The notes under the pieces: generated by a model
Database searches by the model: none
What the model was told of the DNA's origin: nothing
What the model saw: the letters and a program-made list of their open reading frames with translations, nothing else
Shown: positions 6,641 through 11,477 of the stretch, piece after piece
Numbering within the stretch: the stretch's first letter is position 1
Layout of the letters: the number at the start of each line of letters is the position of its first letter
Made by a program: the position numbers and the translations under genes
From: Abditibacteriaceae bacterium
GTDB taxonomy: Bacteria > Armatimonadota > Abditibacteriia > Abditibacteriales > Abditibacteriaceae
Reading direction: 5' to 3'
DNA: 11,477 bases
Assembly (NCBI GenBank): GCA_031372065.1
Contig: JANMKN010000005.1
Location: 1 to 11,477 of the forward strand

Positions 6641-6766
6641 AGCCGCGCAAACACGCGGAGAAGCAAAAACATTTGCCAGAGGAGCCGGCACAAATGGCTC
6701 AGGAGCCGTGACATTTGGCAGAAAAGCACAAACATTTGGCTTAGGAGCCGTGCTAATTGGCTAATG
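6641..6766. repeat. Degenerate 21-bp tandem array, 6 units
   Basis: Units start at 6641/6662/6683/6704/6725/6746: agccgcgcaaacacgcggaga, agcaaaaacatttgccagagg, agccggcacaaatggctcagg, agccgtgacatttggcagaaa, agcacaaacatttggcttagg, agccgtgctaattggctaatg. Confidence 0.82.
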
Positions 6767-6824
6767 ATTAGTGAATATCATGGATAACTGCCGATTTGTA
6801 TAGTTTTACTTATGAATCGGCATT

Positions 6825-6868
6825 AAGGCAGGAAAGAAAATAAAATCTTTCCTGCCTTTCCTTTTTTC
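6825..6868 (+). terminator. Probable intrinsic terminator downstream of pdxS
   Basis: Perfect 13-bp stem aaggcaggaaaga (6825-6837)/tctttcctgcctt (6846-6858) followed by tcctttttt. A second hairpin lies just upstream at 6789-6822. Confidence 0.65.
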
Positions 6869-6907
6869 CTACCTTCTTGATTTATAATTCTTTTGTAGAG
6901 GTAAATT

Positions 6908-8512
6908 ATGCCAAAAATGACTGAACAAGAATTAGCCAAAGCGTTGGTGGCAACCGGGCTTTTATCGCCGCAACAAGTGCAAACGGCGGCTCAAATGCGC
7001 CGTCCGGGCCATGGTTTGGCCCAAATTATCGTCGAAAAAGGCTGGGTTAATCAGATTGATATTTTGCAGGTTGATCCCGAAGCCTTAATTGGGCCGACGG
7101 GCACCAATCCGCAGGTTGGCAAGCAGATGATTGAAGCCGTCAAGCGGCCTGAACCGGCCAGCGAATTGGGCGTGAAAACTTCTCTTGATGAAGTAATGCA
7201 AGAAAGCGCGCCCGCGCAGCACGTTGGAATCGGGCAGGAAAACAGTTCGCTGGACGACAGCGGCGTGCGCATTTTGGGCGAAGCGGCGCGTGACCGCGAC
7301 GATGATGACGGCACTATGGGGCCGATTGTCTCCTATTGCAACGAAATGTTGCGCTTTGCTGTCGAATGCCGCGCTTCAGATATGCATCTGGAACCGCGCG
7401 AAAAAGGCTTGCTGCCGCGCTATCGCATTGACGGTGAATTGCGCTCGTTTGGCAAAGAATTGGAGCGCAGCATTCAAGCGCCGATTATTTCGCGTTACAA
7501 AGTGCTGGCGAACCTCGACATTACGGAAAATCGCCTGCCGCAAGATGGCCGTTTTCGCGCCATTATCGGCGGGCGGCAATTCGATTTTCGCGTTTCGACG
7601 TTGCCCAGTGTTTATGGCGAAAAACTCGTGATGCGCCTCTTAGATCGCTCGTCGCTCGTTACCGATTTAACGCGCCTTGGTTTTACCGGCCAAACGCGCG
7701 ATTTGTTCGAGGAAATGCTACATCGCTCGTATGGCATGATTTTAGTTACCGGCCCGACGGGAAGCGGCAAAACCACCACGCTTTACGCGGCCTTAGCCGC
7801 CACGCGCGACGAAACGAAAAACATCGTGACTGTCGAAGACCCCGTAGAATACGAAATGCCGGGCATCACGCAAACCAACGCCAATCCCGACATCGGACTC
7901 ACTTTCGCCACGCAATTGCGCGCCATTTTGCGCCAAGACCCGGATGTAATTTTAGTTGGCGAAATCCGCGACGCCGAAACCACCGAAATGGCGATTCGCG
8001 CCGCGCTGACCGGCCACTTGGTTTTGTCCACGTTGCACACCAATTCGGCTGTGGCGGCTGTGACCCGCTTTCAGGATATGGGCGTGCAGTCGTTTCTCAT
8101 TTCGTCCAGCTTGTCGGGCGTTTTGGCGCAACGATTGGTGCGCTTGATTTGCCGCCATTGCCGTCAGGAAGTGCCGCAGGACGTGCCCAGTTACGACATT
8201 AATATCGCGCGTTTGAAACTGCCGCCGGGCACCAAACTTTACGAAGGCGCCGGTTGCCCCGAATGCAATCAAACCGGCTATCGCGGACGCTTGGCCGTCA
8301 TCGAATTGCTCAATGTCAACCGCGAAATCCGTCAAGCAATTATGGACGGCGCCGACGCGACGACTTTGCATCGTTTAGCCGTCAAATCAGGCATGAAAAC
8401 GCTGTGGCAGGACGCGCTCGAAAAAGTAAAAGCAGGCTTGACCACCGGCGACGAAGTCGCGCGCGTGCTGCTCGGAACCGACGAAGTGGAAATGGAAGAT
8501 GACGAAGTTTAA
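6908..8512 (+). CDS. GspE/PilB (PulE) family secretion/pilus assembly ATPase
   Basis: ASDMHLEP, RLPQDGRF, Walker A GPTGSGKTT, Asp box TVEDPVEY, Walker B LRQDPDVILVGEIRD, His box TGHLVLSTLHTN, and tetracysteine CRHC..CPEC. SD-like GAGGT upstream. Confidence 0.95.
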   Translation: MPKMTEQELAKALVATGLLSPQQVQTAAQMRRPGHGLAQIIVEKGWVNQIDILQVDPEALIGPTGTNPQVGKQMIEAVKRPEPASELGVKTSLDEVMQESAPAQHVGIGQENSSLDDSGVRILGEAARDRDDDDGTMGPIVSYCNEMLRFAVECRASDMHLEPREKGLLPRYRIDGELRSFGKELERSIQAPIISRYKVLANLDITENRLPQDGRFRAIIGGRQFDFRVSTLPSVYGEKLVMRLLDRSSLVTDLTRLGFTGQTRDLFEEMLHRSYGMILVTGPTGSGKTTTLYAALAATRDETKNIVTVEDPVEYEMPGITQTNANPDIGLTFATQLRAILRQDPDVILVGEIRDAETTEMAIRAALTGHLVLSTLHTNSAVAAVTRFQDMGVQSFLISSSLSGVLAQRLVRLICRHCRQEVPQDVPSYDINIARLKLPPGTKLYEGAGCPECNQTGYRGRLAVIELLNVNREIRQAIMDGADATTLHRLAVKSGMKTLWQDALEKVKAGLTTGDEVARVLLGTDEVEMEDDEV

Positions 8513-8522
8513 AAGCAAACCA

Positions 8523-10208
8523 ATGAAACTATTTTTAGCACTCGCTCTTTTGGCCGCCCTGACCATTTGTCCCGCTTTCGCCGCGCCCGATGTTAAAGAG
8601 GCCAAGCGCATCATTATTTTGGGTGACAGCATCACTTATTCCGGCGATTGGGTGACCAATTTCGAGGCGTGGCTGCTTGCGCGTGGCGCCGAGGCCGAAG
8701 TGATAAATCTCGGTTTGCCCAGCGAAACTGGAGCTGATTTAACGCCAACCGAGCAACAGGAAACGCACATCAAACCATACGGGTTTCCGCGACCAACGAT
8801 AAGCGAACGACTTGGCCGCATTCTCGAAAAATCGAAGCCTGATTGGGTGGTTGCTTGTTACGGCATGAACGATGGCTCCTCGCTGCCGCAAAACGACGAA
8901 GGCTTTGCGCGCTATTGTGCGGCCATGCAAACGCTCAAATCGCAACTCGAAAACGCGGGCGTCAAACAAATTATTTTCATGACGCCGCCCCTTCACGACG
9001 CCGGGCCGGGCCAAGCGCAAAGCAAGCACGACGCAATGCTGACGCGCTTTAGCGACTGGCTTTTGTCGAAGAAAAAAGACGGCTGGAATGTCGTGGATAT
9101 TCACGGCCCAATGCGCGCCGCATTGGATGAACGGCGCAAAACTGAGCCGAACTTTCGCTTTGCGGGCGACGGCGTTCATCCAAACCGCGAGGGCCACGAT
9201 TTAATCGCCAAACAACTCATCGAATATTTTTCAACGCCCGCCGAAACCGCAGATTTTCTGGCGCATTCGCCTTATTTGGGCACCGCTTTGCGCCCACTTA
9301 TCAATCAGCGCATGGCCCTTCGCCGCGATGCGTGGCTGACTTTTACAGTCCACACGCGCCCCGGCGTCGCCAAAGGCTTGCCAATGGACGAAGCGAATGC
9401 CAAAATCAACGATTTAACCACGCAAATCGCGGCGCAAAGTGCGCAAAAACTTCCCGGCAAACTTTCAAAATGGAACGGTTCTGACCGCTACGATTTTCCT
9501 GTCGGGCAAAGCAAATTGTGTAGCGTGATTGTGCCGGAAAAACCGCTGCCCGGCAACTTGTGGGCATGGAAAGGTGAGTTTCTCGACGCTTTTCCCAAAC
9601 TGGAAATCGAACTTTTAAAACGCGGCGTTTCTATTGTTTATTTGAACACGCAAAACCTGCTCGGCGCGCCCGAAGCCGTGCAGCATTGGAAAGATGCTTA
9701 CAGCGAACTGACAGCGCGTTATGGCATGGCGCCCAAACCGGCGCTAATCGGCATGAGTCGCGGCGGTTTATATTGCTACAATTGGGCGATTGCCAACCCT
9801 GATAAAGTCGCGTGCATCTTCGGCGACGCGGCAGTTTGCGACTTGAAAAGCTGGCCCGGCGGCAAAGGAAAAGGCAAAGGCAGTCCCGCCGATTGGCAAT
9901 TAGCCATGAAGGTTTACGGTTTCAAAGACGAGGCCGAAGCGCTGGCTTTTGGGGGCAATCCGATTGATAATTTGGGGCCTTTGGCCGACGCGAAAATTCC
10001 GCTCTTTCACATCTACGGCGACGCCGATGATGTGGTGCCGTGGGACGAAAACGCCGGAATCATCGCCGCGCGTTACAAGGCTCTTGGTGGCAGCATCGAA
10101 ATGCTCGCCAAACCCGGCATCGGCCATCATCCGCACGGCTTAGATGACCCAACGCCCGTTGCCGATTTTATCGTCAAAAACCTGCAAAAAGCCAATCCGG
10201 CGCTGTGA
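8523..10208 (+). CDS. Secreted SGNH/GDSL hydrolase fused to an alpha/beta-hydrolase domain
   Basis: Signal peptide MKLFLALALLAALTICPAFA. SGNH blocks LGDSIT, NLG, YGMND and DGVHP. The C-terminal domain has GMSRGG, GDADDVVP and GHHPH. Start placed at ATG 8523. Confidence 0.88.
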   Translation: MKLFLALALLAALTICPAFAAPDVKEAKRIIILGDSITYSGDWVTNFEAWLLARGAEAEVINLGLPSETGADLTPTEQQETHIKPYGFPRPTISERLGRILEKSKPDWVVACYGMNDGSSLPQNDEGFARYCAAMQTLKSQLENAGVKQIIFMTPPLHDAGPGQAQSKHDAMLTRFSDWLLSKKKDGWNVVDIHGPMRAALDERRKTEPNFRFAGDGVHPNREGHDLIAKQLIEYFSTPAETADFLAHSPYLGTALRPLINQRMALRRDAWLTFTVHTRPGVAKGLPMDEANAKINDLTTQIAAQSAQKLPGKLSKWNGSDRYDFPVGQSKLCSVIVPEKPLPGNLWAWKGEFLDAFPKLEIELLKRGVSIVYLNTQNLLGAPEAVQHWKDAYSELTARYGMAPKPALIGMSRGGLYCYNWAIANPDKVACIFGDAAVCDLKSWPGGKGKGKGSPADWQLAMKVYGFKDEAEALAFGGNPIDNLGPLADAKIPLFHIYGDADDVVPWDENAGIIAARYKALGGSIEMLAKPGIGHHPHGLDDPTPVADFIVKNLQKANPAL

Positions 10209-10217
10209 GCTTCTTCG

Positions 10218-11249
10218 ATGAAATCTTCGCGCAACAGTCTGTTTTTGATGATGTTTCCCGTTTTGGCCCTGCTCGCGTTTGGCTGGTGGCGCCAGCGCAA
10301 TCCGCCCAAGCCGCCGCTGGCCCCACCAAAATTTGGCTTTACGGTGAAAGTCACCAAAGAACCGATTTATCCCGTAGACGTGTGGGCCGGACGCGATACG
10401 AAGGTTCGCATCGCAGCGAAAACCATTGGCACGCTACCTCCGGCGTGGCGCGCTCCCTCCGTTGAATGGCTGCAATGCCTACGCTTAGTTGCCCGCAAAA
10501 ATAAGCGTGATCGAACATTATTCTGCCGGGGCACTTTCGATAATTACGAATCCTATGTCCGTTGGCTGCCAGCGCGTGGCGGCGGGAGTGGAAGTGGAGG
10601 CAGCGCCGGTGATGACCACTCATTGAATAATATTTCTTTCGCGCTGCGTAATGTTCCACAGGATTTAGGCGAACTCTGGTTGTTACTTGATATGGGAATC
10701 CGCCCCGCAACTTCGATAGACCAGAAGGATATTGACGAAGCAACTCTCGCAAAATTAAAGGAAAAAGGCGGCGTTATATGGGCGTCGAAATCTCTGTTGT
10801 TGCGGCGCGACAATGAAACGATAAAAATGCCCATCGTTTCCACCAATCCACAATTTAGAATAGATAAATGGAGTATCGAACCCTTTAAAGCCGCTCCCGG
10901 CAATCCTTACGAAGACAAGGAACTGGTTATTCATCTCTTCGATACCGGCTCACAGTCGCAAGAGCAGGACTTGTGGTCTCCTGTAAAAGCAGGAAGCGAT
11001 TGGCAAATTGTGGATGAGAAAGGGCAACCGCGCAGCCGAAGAAGTGGCGACCCTGCTGCAATTACTCAATCCGCTGAAGATAAACGACGTTACACAGCGA
11101 AATTGCAATTTTCTTCCCGTTTTGCGCCCGAAGCGCAGAAATTGCGTTTGCATGGACAACTCTCGTGCAACAATCGCTGGCCGCTGATGATTGACATTCC
11201 ACTGATTGACCGCACTGAAAAAACTTCTGCGAAGGCACTCGCGCGCTGA
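10218..11249 (+). CDS. Hypothetical protein with N-terminal membrane anchor
   Basis: 343-aa ORF closely coupled to both neighbours. Hydrophobic LFLMMFPVLALLAFGWW is followed by RQRNPPKPP; no family is recognised. Confidence 0.7.
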   Translation: MKSSRNSLFLMMFPVLALLAFGWWRQRNPPKPPLAPPKFGFTVKVTKEPIYPVDVWAGRDTKVRIAAKTIGTLPPAWRAPSVEWLQCLRLVARKNKRDRTLFCRGTFDNYESYVRWLPARGGGSGSGGSAGDDHSLNNISFALRNVPQDLGELWLLLDMGIRPATSIDQKDIDEATLAKLKEKGGVIWASKSLLLRRDNETIKMPIVSTNPQFRIDKWSIEPFKAAPGNPYEDKELVIHLFDTGSQSQEQDLWSPVKAGSDWQIVDEKGQPRSRRSGDPAAITQSAEDKRRYTAKLQFSSRFAPEAQKLRLHGQLSCNNRWPLMIDIPLIDRTEKTSAKALAR

Positions 11250-11362
11250 TGAATTATCACAAACGGGTTGCCATTTTCTTACTTGCTTTAACGCTGCCTG
11301 TTTTCGCCCAAGATATGAAGCCTGAATTTTTGACGGGCGGCGATGTTTCGTTGCTGACGAAA
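11249..11362 (+). CDS. N-terminal fragment of a secreted protein, probably a GH53 arabinogalactan endo-beta-1,4-galactanase, interrupted by tandem repeat
   Basis: The ATG overlaps the upstream stop (TGATG) and reads MNYHKRVAIFLLALTLPVFA-QDMKPEFLTGGDVSLLTK. This is a signal peptide followed by an FxxGxDvSxL motif typical of the GH53 N-terminus. It then continues as (ASLRGSK)n. Confidence 0.6.
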
Positions 11363-11477
11363 GCCAGCTTACGCGGCTCGAAAGCCAGCTTACGCGGCTC
11401 GAAAGCCAGCTTACGCGGCTCGAAAGCCAGCTTACGCGGCTCGAAAGCCAGCTTACGCGGCTCGAAAGCCAGCTTAC
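11358..11477. repeat. Perfect 21-bp tandem array (CGAAAGCCAGCTTACGCGGCT), 5 full units + 15 nt, running off the window end
   Basis: Identical units start at 11358, 11379, 11400, 11421 and 11442, with a partial unit at 11463. Confidence 0.97.

Noticed and set aside
5794..6735. 313-aa minus-strand ORF
   Set aside because: It is the antisense shadow of the highly conserved pdxS, has no recognisable motifs, and starts in the 21-bp repeat.
6641..6766. CRISPR array interpretation of the 21-bp repeats (also 11358-11477)
   Set aside because: There are no unique spacers of CRISPR length, the period is only 21 bp, and no cas genes are in the window.

Overview
Bacterial chromosomal region, mostly housekeeping. 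The gene style and content suggest an Armatimonadota/Abditibacteriota-like organism, but that is a low-confidence impression. From left to right: tRNA-Gly(GCC, cut by the window edge) and a short 74-nt tRNA-Leu(TAG) on the minus strand; a pseudo-receiver/degenerate GGDEF protein; copZ; two tRNA-Ser genes; a long Alu-domain SRP RNA; dnaX-ybaB-recR; pdxS; an orphan GspE/PilB ATPase; a secreted SGNH + alpha/beta-hydrolase fusion; a membrane-anchored hypothetical protein; and the start of a probable GH53 gene that runs into a perfect 21-bp tandem array at the window end. The most unusual signals are non-coding. (i) Nearly every intergenic gap from 1790 to 5705 holds a hairpin built from tandem 7-mers (one from 9-mers), with shared architecture but mostly different units. 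(ii) A 21-bp AGCC-N9-GGCT repeat family appears as a decayed array after pdxS and, in the opposite orientation, as the perfect terminal array that cuts into a gene.
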